Assembly (NCBI RefSeq): GCF_009914755.1 | Contig: NC_060929.1 | Length of the DNA stretch: 64,000 bases | Strand: one strand, 5' to 3' | Source of the DNA: the human T2T-CHM13v2.0 reference genome, Homo sapiens | Shown here: positions 40,095-57,689 of the stretch, piece by piece | Layout: each line of letters begins with the position of its first letter | How positions within the stretch are numbered: the stretch's first letter is position 1 | The notes under the pieces: generated by a model | The model's database searches: none | Seen by the model: only the letters and a program-made list of their open reading frames with translations | Told to the model about the DNA's origin: nothing | Made by a program: the position numbers and the translations under genes

Positions 40095-40455
40095 GAAGGA
40101 AATTCTGGCGCAACACGGAGAAGCCTTGAGGACATGATGTTAAGTGAAAAGAACCAGTCACAAAAGAACAAATACCGTATAAGTCCGCTTATATGAGATA
40201 CCTAGAGCATTCTAACACAGAGCATTCTATAGAAAGCAGAATGGTGGTTGCCAGTGGCTGGGGGCAGGGGGAGCAGGGAGTTGTTTAACAAGTACAGAGT
40301 TGCCGTTTTGCAAGAGGAAAACGTTCTGGAGATGGATGGTGCTGATGGTTGTACAACAGTGTGAATATATTTACTGCTGCACTGCATGTACACTGAGAAA
40401 TGGTGAAGATGATAAGGCTTATAGTCTGCATTTTTTACCACAATACAAATTAATA
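40095..40455 (+). mobile_element. L1MB-type 3'UTR fragment
   Basis: TAAGTGAAAAGAACCAGTCACAAAAGAACAAATAC...GGTGGTTGCCAGTGGCTGGGG. Confidence 0.85.
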
Positions 40456-40536
40456 ATAATAATAATAAAATATCACACCCCTGATCCCTCCAGAGGCTCC
40501 TCCTCACGCCTAGCAAATCTAAAACTTCTTACCATG

Positions 40537-41002
40537 TGTGTTTGTTTCCAAGAGCCGCTGTCACCAAGTTCCACAAACCATGTGGCTTACACAGCAGATA
40601 TGTGTTGTCTCATGGTCCTGGAGGCTGGAAGTCCGAGATCAAGGTGATGGCAGGGCCGGTTCCTTCTGTGAGAGGGGATTTGCTCCACGCCGCCTGCCTG
40701 GCTTCTCGTGGTTTGCTGGCAAGCTTTGGCATTCCTCGGCTTCTAGAGGCAACACCCCAATCTCCACCCTCATCTTCATGTGGTATTCTCCCTATCTCCA
40801 ACTTCCCCTTTTTATGAGGACACAGTCATAGTGGATGAGGGGCCAACCCTAATGGCCTCATTTTTGTTTGTTTTGTCATAGCCTCCTTTTAATCTGATTA
40901 CCCCTGTAAAGATCGTATCTCCAAATAAGATCCCATTCTGAGGTATGGAGGGTTAGGACTTTGACACATGGATTTTGGGAAGATACAATTCAACCCATAA
41001 CA
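40537..41002 (-). mobile_element. MLT1C-like MaLR solo LTR
   Basis: GGAGGCTGGAAGTCCGAGATCAAGGTG...TCCAAATAAG...ACAATTCAACCCATAACA. Confidence 0.88.
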
Positions 41003-41349
41003 CCGTGGCTCTGCAAAATGTGAGCCCTGACAGCCTGTGGCCTCGTTTCTTAGCGTTCTCCCCTCCACTGCAGGGCAGCCACACTTACTTCCTTGCTCAT
41101 CCGCCAGTGCACCAAGCACTGCTGTCTTCCGGCCTTCGGGAATGTAACTCCTGCAGCTACAGTTGCGCCCTTGTCTTATGGAGTGCCACAGCAATGTAAG
41201 AAACATGTAGAGCATCACCCCAACATGAAAATGCCTCTTCCCACTCACTTCTGCTCTCAACTTGGCTGTTCCTGGAGAGCTTCGTAAAGTGTAGGGATTT
41301 ATCAAATTCTAATTCCATTAGTTTATTCACTTGTTAAACAGTTTCCTCT

Positions 41350-42260
41350 TTCTCATTCACTGATTCACTCTTCCAACAAATATTTGCTGAATATCTACTT
41401 TATTCCACGCAGCCTGCAGGTGCCCGGGACTCACTGGTGATTGACACAAATGTCTCTTCTTCTTCTAGCTAATGTCCTAGCAAGAGAGGCCAAACACAGA
41501 CAGTGCAAATAAATCGTGAACAAAATGCGTGATGCTAAAAGGTGATAAGGGCTTAGAGAAGAAGAGGAGTGACAAACGGGGTCTAAGAATGTGAGGGGCA
41601 GGTTCAGTGACAGCATGGAAATGGGTGGTCAGAGAAGGTCTGTGGGAAGGCAAGAGCTGAGCGAGGATTGAAGACACGGAGCGAGCCACAGAGCCAGCCA
41701 CGGCGCTGTCTGGAGGACACACATTCCAGGTTGAAAGAATTGTTAGAGCAAAGGCTTTGGCGAGGAACTTTCCCCTGGTATGTTGGGGCTGCAGCCCGTG
41801 GGGTTAAAGTGGACAAAGGGGAGAGTGGTCAAGGAGCAATTCAAAGGCAACGTGGAGCAAATTTTTCGTGTTAGGGCTTTGGTTTCTGCTTGATTTAGGG
41901 GAGAATGTGCAGAGCTCTGAGCATGTCATGGAATAGACTAAGGGACAAAGGTAGACAGAGGAAAGCCCACTAGGAGACTGTTACAGAGTGCCAGGGAGAA
42001 ATGACTTGGGTTGAACCAGATGGGGAGCAGTGGATGGGGTGAGAAGAGAAATATCTGGAAGGTCCAGCCGTCATTCCTTCACAGACTGGATGCTTGCGGG
42101 AATATCAGAGGGCACGAGTGTTCACAGCCTGAGCAACTGAAAAGGCAGATTTGCCTTCAGCTGGGACAGGAAAGGCTGTGGACAAGAACAGCAGGTCTGC
42201 GGGGGAAGACCCTCAGTTCTGCTCTGGACTGAGCTCGAGACATCTAGACGTCAAAGTGGA
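41350..42260 (-). mobile_element. L2 fragment
   Basis: CATTCACTGATTCAC...CAACAAATATTTGCTGA 3' end; GGTGGTCAGAGAAGG; GACATCTAGACG. Confidence 0.75.
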
Positions 42261-45200
42261 GGTGTCACAGGAATTTCTTTTTTTTCAACACCACATTGGA
42301 GGTCACAGTAAGAATTTCTGAGCTGAGCTGACAGAGTCTTGACATCATGGTCAGCAGTAAGAACAAGAGCAATGACAGTAATAATAGCAGTAACAACAGC
42401 CCCAGTCTGCTGTCTTGAGTGGACAGACCACAGAGCTCTCGGGATGGCATGTTCCACCATCCCCAGTGTACACAGAAGGGCTCTGAGGCACAGGGAGGGA
42501 AGGGCTGGCTCTAGCTCACCCAACAAGCTAGGGCAGACTGGGGCTAGAATCCAGTTCTTCTGATCCCATATCCATCTCCTGCTTTTTTCTGACATGTAAG
42601 ATGTTCTTTGATCCAACAGAACAGCCTCCTTTCCCTGAACAGATGCTGTATCTTCCCACTCTGCCAGGAATATCTGCCTGGCATCCCGACTTCCTTCTGA
42701 CGAAGCCCATTTCAAATGCTGCCTCCTCTTCATGTGGGCATCGTCCACCTCTCTCCTTTCTCCTCTGACTGCTCCGGTCGCTCCCTTGCTCAGCCTCTGT
42801 CTCAGATTCCCTGATGCTCCCCGGAGACAGGGCACACATCCGACTCACGCCCAGACCCCAAAGTTCCTCTCCTTGTGAACTCACAGCGGGGGCCACTCGG
42901 TGTGATTGAGTGGATAAGGGAAGGGGTGAATGCATTCCACACTCAGTAACCATGTTTGTGGCACCCTAGAAGACGCAGATGCAGGATATGCTTATTCATT
43001 TATTCATTTGAGACATTCTTAGCCATTGGAAGCACTAACTTCTTAAAAATGTGATAAAAGCTGTGAAATCTTTTGCCAGAAAACTGCACATATATACACA
43101 CGATTTGCAGATAGATTCGAGGGGGTTATGAATTTCAACCCACCTGCATTCCTTAGACTTCAAATTAAGCATCTCTATTGCTGCGTACCACAGAGCTGGG
43201 GATCCGGGCTGGGCTAAAGTATAGCCCCGTCTACACTCTGGGACACCCACTGAGTTGGAGTTCAGTCTGTCTTAGATAAAAATATTCGCAATCACTACAC
43301 AGCTGCTTCCCACATTTTCTCCCACAGGGCATGTGGAGAGGAGTCTGGCTTAAGTGATCTCCGGGCAGTGAAGAGGAATCTGTTGTCATGAACAATGGTT
43401 TCTATCTCACTTGGAGTTCAGGGATTTGTGGACCGTCAGAGGCAGATGTGTTTAGGAGTTGTCGGAATTTTAGCACGATGCCTAGACTGTGGTTGTGGCT
43501 GATGCCTGCTCTTCTATCATGGATTGGCTGCATTTCAGAAGTGTGTGGACTGGTAAATGACAAATAAGTAAAAACCCTGTTGTTGACAAATTAGAATGGG
43601 TTTTCCACTGGTTCATATAGTAACCTGTTGCTATGGCAAAAGAAAAATTCGTTCTTTTGTAGGAGAAAGGAAATTTGTCATTCTCAGAGCTAAGTGGAAA
43701 TTCATTCTTTTCAGAAAAGCAGAGGGGAATTTCTCACTGTCTCTTGGTGCTTAGGTAAGAAAGGCCTGCGAAGGACAGGGCCTGTGAGAACAAAATGAGA
43801 GAGTGGAGCGCCCCAGACGGAATGGGGAATTGAGGCTGTTGATCACAAAAATGCCTTTCCCTGGAAGCATCTGTTATCCAGCGCCAGCTACAGGCTGAGA
43901 ATCTAAGCCTGGCCTGGGAAGAAGGCCACTATAAGGAGACAGACAATCCAGCCCAGCGTTGAATGTTGCAACGTGATCCCCCTGTAGGGAGATGTGCAGA
44001 ATTCTGAAGCTGCATGAGTGGAAAGACAAAGAGCTAAGCCACAGTTCTCTCTGAGGCCAAGCAAAAATTCACATATTCCCTAAGCCCCAGAAGACAAAAA
44101 TGCACTGGGCTCAGGAGGGCCAAATCTAAAGAACAGGATGAAGCAGACACTGACTGAATGTTGCCAGAACTGCAACAAAGATTTGACTCAGCCCAGTCTG
44201 TTGTTTAACTCAGATGATCAGATCTCACCCAGTCTACCTTCTGGAAGGTGGACTGGTGGAAGATGAAGACATCTGGGGTTATTACAGTATTTCACGTACA
44301 ATGCCCAGTGCACTAGTGAATGTTATGGGAATGCAGAGACAGAACCTGTGAATAAAGCCTGGGAGAATAAAAGCAGACTTAGGAGCAGATACACAGGTCA
44401 TAAAGAGACTTTAAAATAATCATATGTTCAGAAGAATAGAAAAGAATGACAAAATAGATGGAAAGGCAGTAAATTTCAACACAGAATTAGAATTTATATA
44501 TAGGACTCATATATACATATATGAGTCAAATGGACATTTTTAAAGCTAAAAACACAATATGTATAATTAGGAACTTATTGGAAATAGAACAGGGTATGGC
44601 AGAGATTGAAAAGAGAAGAATATGGGACTAATAAATAAGAAAATAAAATGATAGAAAGGGTCCAAACTGAAACACTAAAAGAAAAAAATTAAAATGAAGA
44701 GGAGAGTGTAAGATAAATGTGGGACACAATCAAAAGGTTCAATATAAATGTTATTAGAACTCCAGAAAACAAGGAGAAAGGGGCAAGGGCGCCAGCAGTA
44801 ACTAGAGCAGTAAGAAGGGAAATACCTAGCGCCCACCCACACCAGCCTCCCTGTCTCATGGAAAGGGAAAATGAAACACAACAGAGAAGTGTGGTGAAGG
44901 TCACAGCCCAGGGGCCACAGGCCCATTCGCAGGCTGAGACCTAATCCTAAGACTTCAGAAGGCTTCCCTACCCCAAGAGTTGACCATCACATCAGTAGGG
45001 CTCAGCAGGGGACAACTGAAAACACTGTGTGTCTCAGACATTATGTAGGAAGAGGTCTCTAGAGAAACCCAAAGACAACAGGGGAGGCAAAGCAAGGACA
45101 CCAGAAGGAATGTTAGCCTCTGATGCCTGCAGCATAGTAAATGCAACCTAGGTCTTAGCCAGATAAACACAAAACCTCACAGCGAAGGCCTACTTACCTC

Positions 45201-45359
45201 GGTTCCTTTAACCCAGGACAAAATGTCTGGCTGTTAACAAAAAATTACAGAGCATATTAAAAGACAAAAGCACAGTTTTAAGAGACAAAGCAAGCATCAG
45301 ACCAGACTCAGATATGGCAGAGGTTGGAGTCATTAGATTGTCATCTTAAAATTATAATT

Positions 45360-45682
<323 letters not shown>

Positions 45683-45720
45683 CTAGTGGAAAAAGTAGAC
45701 AAGATGTGAGAACACATATG

Positions 45721-46321
45721 TGTTGGGGTGATCAGACCCAACACCAGGTCGTGGGGGCGACGAAGCCTGGTGGAGTCAAAGGATTGACAAAAAGACAGTC
45801 TATGAGAGAGAGAAGTGGGACCACAGGGCCATCACTAGTGTATGGAGGCTGCGAAGGCCCTGAGCGCTGGGACCCCACGCTACTTATTGGTAATCCAACA
45901 AAGAAACAGGTGGTGAGAATGTGGAGGTCAAAAGGGCGCGTTGCATCGAGCACATGATTTACATGATTTACAGCTGTGATGGTTTAGCATTTGCTCTGCT
46001 ACTTGTGATCATGGAGAGCAGGTTCTTTTAATTCAAGATACAATCGATCCTGGGAGAGCAAAGAGCAAGGAGCCAGCAAGTCTAGACACATTCTAGAGCC
46101 ACGAGACCTGGACTGTATCCAAGCCATGAGGGGTTTTATGCCCTGGGCTTAGACTACGGTGTGACAGGGCAGCCTTCCACCCTTTAGCACAGAACTGGGT
46201 GTTCCAAAGGCCACAAGAGGTTTTAGACCCTGGCCCCCGGACATGTTCCAAGACTCTTTTACATTATGTCAGACATGCAAGCCCTGCCTCAGCTTCTCCC
46301 AACACTCAGCTTTTCCCAACA
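45721..46321 (-). mobile_element. LTR14B-like solo LTR (HERV-K14/HML-1)
   Basis: TGTTGGGGTGATCAGACCCAACACC...CTCAGCTTTTCCCAACA; perfect 6-bp TSD CATATG. Confidence 0.92.
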
Positions 46322-46841
46322 CATATGTAATATAAGCAGAGAGATGGAAACTTTAAGAAAAAATCAAAAGGAAATGCTGGAAATAAAAAGAAAAACTCAC
46401 TATAATTGAAATGGAGAATGCCTTTGATGGCTTACCAAAAGATTAGACATGACTGAGAACAGAATCAGTGCACCTGGAGGAATGCAAAGAGGAAGAAGGA
46501 ATGGAAAAGACAGAGCCTATCTAAGAACTGTGGGACAATGAGAAAACATGTAAAAAATGGACATACAAGAAGGGGAAGAATGAAAGGAATTTCAAAGATT
46601 CTTTTCTAACCAAAGCATTTATGGCTATAAATTCCCCTCCAAGCTCTGTCTTAGCTTCATTCTACAAAATGCTTCTAATTTTGTGTGATTTCTTCTTTGA
46701 CTCATGGAATATTTTGAAGTATATTCTTTAATTTTCAAATATTTGGGGTTTTCCTAGATAACCCTTTGTTTTTTATTTTAATTGAATAATGTCTAGTCGG
46801 AGGCATATTCTGTAGGATTTCAATCTTTTGAAATCTGTTAA

Positions 46842-47073
46842 GGCTGGGCACCTTGGCTCACACCTGTAATCCCAGCACTTTGGGGTGCAAGGCGGGAGGA
46901 TTGCCTGAGGCCAGGAGTTCGAGACCAGCCTGGCCAACATGGTGAAACTGTCTCTACTAACAATACAAAAAATTAGCCAGGCGTGGTGGGCGCCTGTAAT
47001 CCCAGATACTTGGGAGGCTGAGGCAGGAGAATCACTCGAACCCGGGAAGTGGAGGTTGCAGCGAGCTGAGATC
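46842..47073 (+). mobile_element. Alu, 3'-truncated
   Basis: Stops at GAGCTGAGATC. Confidence 0.93.
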
Positions 47074-47241
47074 TCTTCTCCTCTTATAAGGAGCCATACT
47101 GAATTAAGGGCCCGCCCTACTCCAGTATGATCCGGTCTTAATTAATGACATGATTTCCAAGTAAGTTCACATTCTGAGGTACTGGGGTGGCAGGGCATTT
47201 GGGGCGGGGTGCGGGGTAGGGACACACTTCAACTCAAAACA
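47074..47241 (-). mobile_element. MLT1 LTR partial (5' part only)
   Basis: CTCTTATAAGGAGCCA...CACATTCTGAGGTACTGGGG...TTCAACTCAAAACA. Confidence 0.75.
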
Positions 47242-47474
47242 CTTGCTAAACTCATTTATAGTTCTAATGTTTTCGGGTGGATTCCTTAGGATTTCTATAT
47301 ACATGATCATGTTGTCTGTAAATAAAGGTAGTTTTACTTCTTCCTTTTCTTTTTAAATATTTTTTTTCTCACTTGATTCACTGGCTAGAAGTTTTAGTAC
47401 AATGTTGCATAAAAGTGGTAAGAACAGATACTTTTCCTCACGAGGAAGGAATTGTCTTTCATCATTCAGTATGA

Positions 47475-47826
<352 letters not shown>

Positions 47827-48816
47827 AATAAGTTCTCTTCTATTCTTGATTTGTTTAGAGTTTTTAATTATAAATGGCTGTTGGATTTTGTCCATTATTT
47901 TCCTGTTTTTATTAAGATGATCATGGTTTTCTTTATTCCATTAATATGATACATTACATTAATTGATGTTTGAGGGTTAAGCCCACCTTGTATACAAGGG
48001 ATAAATTTCAGTTGGTCACGGTGAATCACCCTCTTTATATGTTGGTAGGTTCCGGTTGATAGTATTTTGTTGAGAATTTTTGTAGATTCATGAGGGATAT
48101 TAATCTTTAGCATAGTTTTCTTGTGATGTCTTTGTCTGGCTTTGTACTAGGTAGTACTGGTCTCATAGAACAAGTTGACACATGTTCTGTTCTTTGTTTT
48201 CTGGACAGGTTTGCAAAGGGATTGATATTTTTTCTTCAGACGTTTGGCAGAATTTGCAAGTGAAGCCATTCAACTTGGATTTTCCTTTGCAGGGAGAGAT
48301 TTAAAAATATTTATTTTTTTAAAGTAATTGTAGATGCAGAAGAATTTGCAATAATAAATAGATGTCTCTGTGTCCTTCATCCGGCTTCCCTCAATGGTGA
48401 CATTTTTATATTACTGTAGTGCAAAACCAATTTGGGAAATTGATGTTGGTACAATACTGTTAACTATATGACATCTTATCCAGTTTTTCTCTCTCCCTCA
48501 GTCCCTGTCCTGTGGCAACCACTCATCTGTTCTCCGTCTCTACAGCTCCTCATTTTGAGAATGTTATATAAATAGACTCGTACACTTTGTAACCTTTTCA
48601 GCTTGACTCTTTTCAGTAAGTACAATGCCTTGAGATTCACCCAGGTTGGTGATTACATCAATAGTTCATTCCATTTTATCGCTAAGAAGTATTCTCCTCT
48701 ATGGTTGTGCCAGAGTTTGTTTAACCATTCACACACACATTGAAGGACTTCAAGTTATTTCATTTTTTTTAAACAAACAAAGCTGCCATCAACATTTGTG
48801 TACAAGTTTTATGTGA

Positions 48817-49227
<411 letters not shown>

Positions 49228-49463
49228 GGCTGCACCATTTTACTTTCCCAACGGGTGTGTACTAGAGATCCAACTTTTCCACATCCTCGCCAGCATTTGG
49301 TGTTTTGTTTTTTAATTTTAGTTTATTGTGATAAGTGTGTAGTAATATCTCATTGTGGTTTCAATTTGCATTTCCCAAATGCCCAATGATATTCAACATA
49401 TTTTAATGTGCTTATTTGCTATCTGTACTTAATTTTTTTATTTTTTCTTCTTTGAAAGGCTCC

Positions 49464-49955
49464 TGTTAAAGCAAACTAAATATGGCCTGAGAAGGACTCC
49501 ATATCTCTATATTTGAGTCCTTGTGGACAAACTGTAACCTAGCTTAATAGGCAGACAAGATTGCAAACCTAACTTGGGAGTATGCTCCTGTAACAGTAGC
49601 TGGGTCTTGGCCAATCCCAGAGGTCATACTTCAAACACTCATAGATTGCTAAGTGTTCAAACAAGGCAAATGCTAACCTGTAACCAATCCTGTTGTTTCT
49701 GTACCTCACTGCTGATTTCTAAGTGTTCAAACAAGGCAAACGCCAGCCTGTAACCAATCCTGTTGTTTCTGTAGCTCACTGCCGGCTTCTGTATAGCACT
49801 TCTCTTTTTTTTTTGTCTATAAATTTGTTCTGACCACAAGGCATCCCTGGAGTCTCTCTGAATCTGCTGTGATTCTGGGGCTGCCTGATTCACAAATTGT
49901 TCATTGCTCAATTAAACTTCTTTAAATTAATTTGGCTGAAGCTTTTCTTTTAACA
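49464..49955 (+). mobile_element. MER57A-type solo LTR (ERV1) with internal 70-bp duplication
   Basis: TGTTAAAGCAAACTAAATATGGCCTGAGAAGGACTCC...TATAAA...ATTAAA...TTTTAACA. Confidence 0.9.
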
Positions 49956-50659
49956 CCCCATACTTACCCATCACTGGGGCCTTCCCTCACTTGCCCTGAA
50001 CTAGCACGACTTAGTGTATACACATCTTTCCAGACCCTCGGGGTAAGTTGGATCTGAAACGTCCCTCCTTGGCTGTCTCGTCCACTGGCTATCCCTGTTA
50101 AATTCCTGGTTGGCCTGCCATTTGGATGCTTGTCCCAACCAATATCTTGACCTCAGGATAGCTGCAATATTGGCTTTATGTGACTGTTTGCCACTAAGAT
50201 CCCTATTGTTTTTTACAACACCCTTGGGCATTGAATTTTCCATGCTCTGCTATGGACAGACAGGAGAGCTCCCGATCCTTAGGACCTGGCCTGCGGCTGG
50301 ATAGAACATCCATACCACAGGGGAAGGGGAGCAGTGATTGGAGAACTCCTAGACTCTCTATCTTCTGACCAAACGTCAGTAGATTTTCTTGAGTAAATGA
50401 TTCTCAATTTGTTGTTCCCCTTTGGTACATTTTCAGCATTTAAATAGCTGTTTTTGCCAATTTTATCTAGTTATATTGTTGCTTCTTGTGGAGATGATTG
50501 GTGGGGCTCCTAACTCAGCCATTTCAGAAGTTCGTCTCTCGACCTTCTCCATTTTCATCATGTGTTTTGAAGCTCTGTTATTAGATGGATACATATTTAT
50601 GACTGATACGTCTTCCTAGTCAACTGATCCTCTTATAATTATAAAATATTTGTCTTTAA

Positions 50660-50983
<324 letters not shown>

Positions 50984-51025
50984 TTAAAATTTATTTGATA
51001 TTAGTATTAGGTATATTATGCTTAT

Positions 51026-51490
<465 letters not shown>

Positions 51491-51753
51491 ATATGCTATG
51501 TTTATATGGTTTATAGATTTCCTTCCATTTACTTTCAAATATCTATGCCTATGTTTAAAGCAGATTTCTTATAGACATCTAATGGTTGAGTCTTTCCTTT
51601 TTCACTCATTACTGCAATCTGTGCCTACTGATTAGAACGTTTAGTATAACTGTTGACATTATGCCACCTTCACATCATAGGTAGAGACCCTACAGCTCTA
51701 TAGTTCCATTGACCACCATCCTTTATAACATAGTTATTATAAATACCACAGTT

Positions 51754-52053
51754 GGCCAGGTGCGGTGGCTCATGCTTGTCATCCCAGCACTTTGGGAGAT
51801 CGAGGTGGGTGGGTCACCTGAGGTCAAGAGTTCGAGACCACCAGCCTGGCCAACATGGTGAAACCCCAGCTCTACTAAAAATACAAAAAATTAGCCAGGC
51901 ATGGTGGTGCATGCCTGTGGTCCCAGCTACTCAGGAGGCTGAGGCAGGAGAATTGCTTGAATTGGGGAGGCAGAGGTTACAGTGAGCCAAGATCACGCCA
52001 CTGTACCCCAGCCTGGGCAACAGAGCAAGACTCTGTCTCAAAAAAAAAAAAAA
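51754..52053 (+). mobile_element. Alu (AluS)
   Basis: TSD TACCACAGTT / TACCACACAGTT. Confidence 0.95.
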
Positions 52054-52139
52054 ATTACCACAGTTACATGTATAACCACAATACAATACCATACTTTTTT
52101 ATTTATATAAATTTTGGATAAACTAAGAGAACAATTTAA

Positions 52140-52547
<408 letters not shown>

Positions 52548-52940
52548 TCCTTTAGCATTTATTACAATGCAGCTCTACTGGCAAGAAATCATCTTTGTTT
52601 TCTTTTACCTGAAAGTATTTTTATTTTCTCTTCAGTTTGGAAGAATAATTGTACTAGATATAGAATGCTGATTGACAGTTTTGCTCTTTTAAAGAGGTCT
52701 ACCCAACTCTTCTGCCCTCTGATAAAGAACTGTCAGTGGTAATTTTCATTTATTGTTTCCTTGTATGACATGTGCCATTTCCCTCTGGCTGATTTCAACA
52801 TTTTGTCTTTATCTTTGGTTTGTAGTAGGTTGACTATTATGTGCCTAAGTGAGGTTTCCTTTAATCCTGTAATGTGATTCTCTAAATTTATGGCTTTCAT
52901 TCATTGAAAAATCTAGGGACATTGTTTCATTTCGTTTCTA

Positions 52941-54530
<1,590 letters not shown>

Positions 54531-54534
54531 TGCA

Positions 54535-54827
54535 GCTGGGTGCGGTGGCTCACACCCGTAATCCCAGCACGTTGGGAGGCTGAGATGGGTGGATCATGAG
54601 GTCGGGAGTTCGAGACCAGCCTGGCCTAGATGGTGAAACCCTGTCTCTACTAAAAATACAAAAATTAGCTTGGCATGGTGGTGGGCACATGTAATTCCAA
54701 CTACTTGGGTGGCTGAAGCCGAGAATTGCTTGAACTGGGGAAGCAGAGGTTGCAGTGAGCCAAGATCACGCCACTGCACTCCAGCCTGGGCGACAGGGTT
54801 AGATTCCCTCTCAAAAAAAAAAAAAAG
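54535..54827 (+). mobile_element. Alu (AluS)
   Basis: Full Alu, poly-A. Confidence 0.95.
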
Positions 54828-54980
54828 AGTGCATTATTTCTTAAAATTTTTTTTTCTTCTCTCCTCCTAACCCACCAGTTACACAGATTTTTAAACTCTA
54901 TGTTTTCCACAGAGCCCTTTCTTTCTTTCCCACTATCCTTCAGACAAGCATTTCCTTGGATCTGTCTTCAAATTTACTGA

Positions 54981-55409
<429 letters not shown>

Positions 55410-55977
55410 TGAGATATTCTAGTTTTTCATTTGTTCACAAGCATGTTTTTATTTACTTTCTTAATCCTAGTTATCATACCTACTTAAAAATTCTTATCTG
55501 CTACTCCATCATCTGGATAATTTAAAAATGTTTGATCTTTTTTTCTTTAGAATAGGTCATGTTTTTCTGTTTTATATTTCAATAATTGTTTTTAAATTTA
55601 CCCTTGACATTGTGAATAATAGATTGTGATTCAGTTAAGGGTAAGGGAGTGGGGGAGTAACACCAGATTGGATTTCGTCTAAGGGAAGGTAAGAGCACAT
55701 ATATATAAGAAAGAAAATCTAGAAAATTCTTTAAAGACTTTTTTTCTTTTTTTCAAAATAGAGTAAATGAAGTGTTAGCTGGAGGGTAAAGTGAAGTCTG
55801 GGGAAAATTTTTAAGTTGGAAATATTAGAACACATTTATAATGGGAATGAATCAATAGAGAGGAAAAAGTTGGACAAGGTAGAAGAGAGAGGTAAAATTC
55901 ACTAGGTCAGAGTATCTGAGTGGGATAGAGGGATGGGAACTATCGCACCTGTGGCCTTAGATAAGAGAGTGAATGGC

Positions 55978-56165
55978 AGCTCTGTTCCACCACATTTTCT
56001 GTGACGATAAAAACATTTTGTATATGTGCTGCCTGATATGGCAACCACGAGCCAGCTGTGGCGATTAAGCAGTTGAAATGTGGCCAGTGCAACTTAATAC
56101 ATGAATTTTAAATTTTATAAAATGTAATTAATTTAAATTTGCAGCTAGTGGTTACTGTACAGAAG
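55978..56165. mobile_element. MER3/MER33-type MITE within L2-like sequence
   Basis: TTTTCTGTGACGATAAAAACATT...AGTTGAAATGTGGCCAGTG...GCTAGTGGTTACTGTA. Confidence 0.7.
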
Positions 56166-56789
56166 AGCACAGATCTGTGGTAACAGGAAGGATGAGGATG
56201 TGGGTACTTGTGTCCATGTGGTAATAGGAGCTGTAGAAATTCTGTTTTGTTCTCTTTTCATTTCTTCCCTTTTTCACTGAAGTAGAAAACACTGTTATCA
56301 AGTGAGTCCAAATCCAGTAAAGAAGTGTGGAGGGACTGAAGAGAAAGAAGTCGTCAAGATCGTCTCTTGGAATAGTAAATGGTTGAAAGATTTCATCCAT
56401 TTTATTGCCTTGATTAGGTTATGCTCATCAGATCCCCCAAATCTCAAAGCTAAGATTCATTGCTCATTTTCCATGTCAGCTAGTATTAATACTTTGAGGT
56501 TAAGAAACTTCTGAGGGATTACAGACCTAGCTTCTTTCCAGTGAATCATTTTGTCCATCTTAATGATTGTGGTTTAGCCTTTTTCGTGCAAAGATTTTCA
56601 GCTTTATCTTACATAGTTGAGAAACATATTATACAATGAGAAACATTTGAATCTTTCACACTTGCCAGTCCTAGATTATTTGGGTCTTCTCATTTCTTTT
56701 TAATCCCTGCTTGCTAAATTTTTTTGGATTCATCTTTCCTTCAGAGTTCCTTGTCAAATGCAGAACCAACTAATAAATAAACCACACAA

Positions 56790-57114
56790 GGCCAGGCTTG
56801 GTGGCTCACGCCTATAATCCTAGCACTTTGGGAGGCCGAGGCGGGCAGATCACCTGAGGTCAGCAGTCCAAGACCAGCCTGGCCAACATGGTGAAACCCC
56901 ATCTCCACTAAAAATACAAAAAATTAGCCAGGCATGGTGACGCACACATGTAGTCCCAGCTACTTGGGAGGCTGAGGCAGGAGAATGACTTGAACTTGAA
57001 CCAGGGAGGCGGAGGGTACAGTGACCCTAGATGGTGCCTCTGCACTCCAGCCTGGGCAATGAAGCCAGACTCTGTCTCAAAAATAAATAAATAAATAAAT
57101 AAACAAATAAATAA
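56790..57114 (+). mobile_element. Alu (AluSx-like) with (TAAA)n tail
   Basis: TSD ~AATAAACCACAC. Confidence 0.95.
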
Positions 57115-57689
57115 ACCACACCAGTAATCATGTATTTCTCAGCCTCTTTACTTAAAGCTAACTTTTTAGGTCCATGCCTTCTATAATATTGCAGGATACA
57201 GTTTTACAAAAAGGTTTCCCACTACACGACATGGGTTGTCAACTTGATATCATCCAATAGGTTTCTTAGCCACCTGCTGTCTGGACCCAAAGGCAATGCC
57301 TTATGTTTGCATATTACTGCATGCAAGTTCTATCAGTTAGCTTTGCGGCAATCACAAACGGTCCCGAGTCTAAGCAGCTTACGTTAGACAGGTTTTATTT
57401 CTCTTACCTGCTACTTGTGAGCTGCAGCTCCGTTCCTGTGTAACACACATGTCTTCTTTACCCCAGTCTGAGGTATTCCAGTACCTGCGCTGAATGAGCA
57501 AACTGTCATTCTCTGGCAGAGAGAAAGCAGCAACGGCGTTGGCTCTTAAAGCTTCTCTTCAGAAGTAGTGACTATAACATCTGCTTACTAGTCATTGGGC
57601 AAACCAAGTCTCGTGGCCAAACTCAAAGCCAATGGGTCGGGGATGCATACTTCTCCCTCCTTGGGAGTCTGCAAGTCGGTGACGGAGGG

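Noticed and set aside
42251-42835. 194-aa minus-strand ORF
   Set aside because: Overlaps MIR/L2-like decayed sequence; no recognisable domain or exon structure
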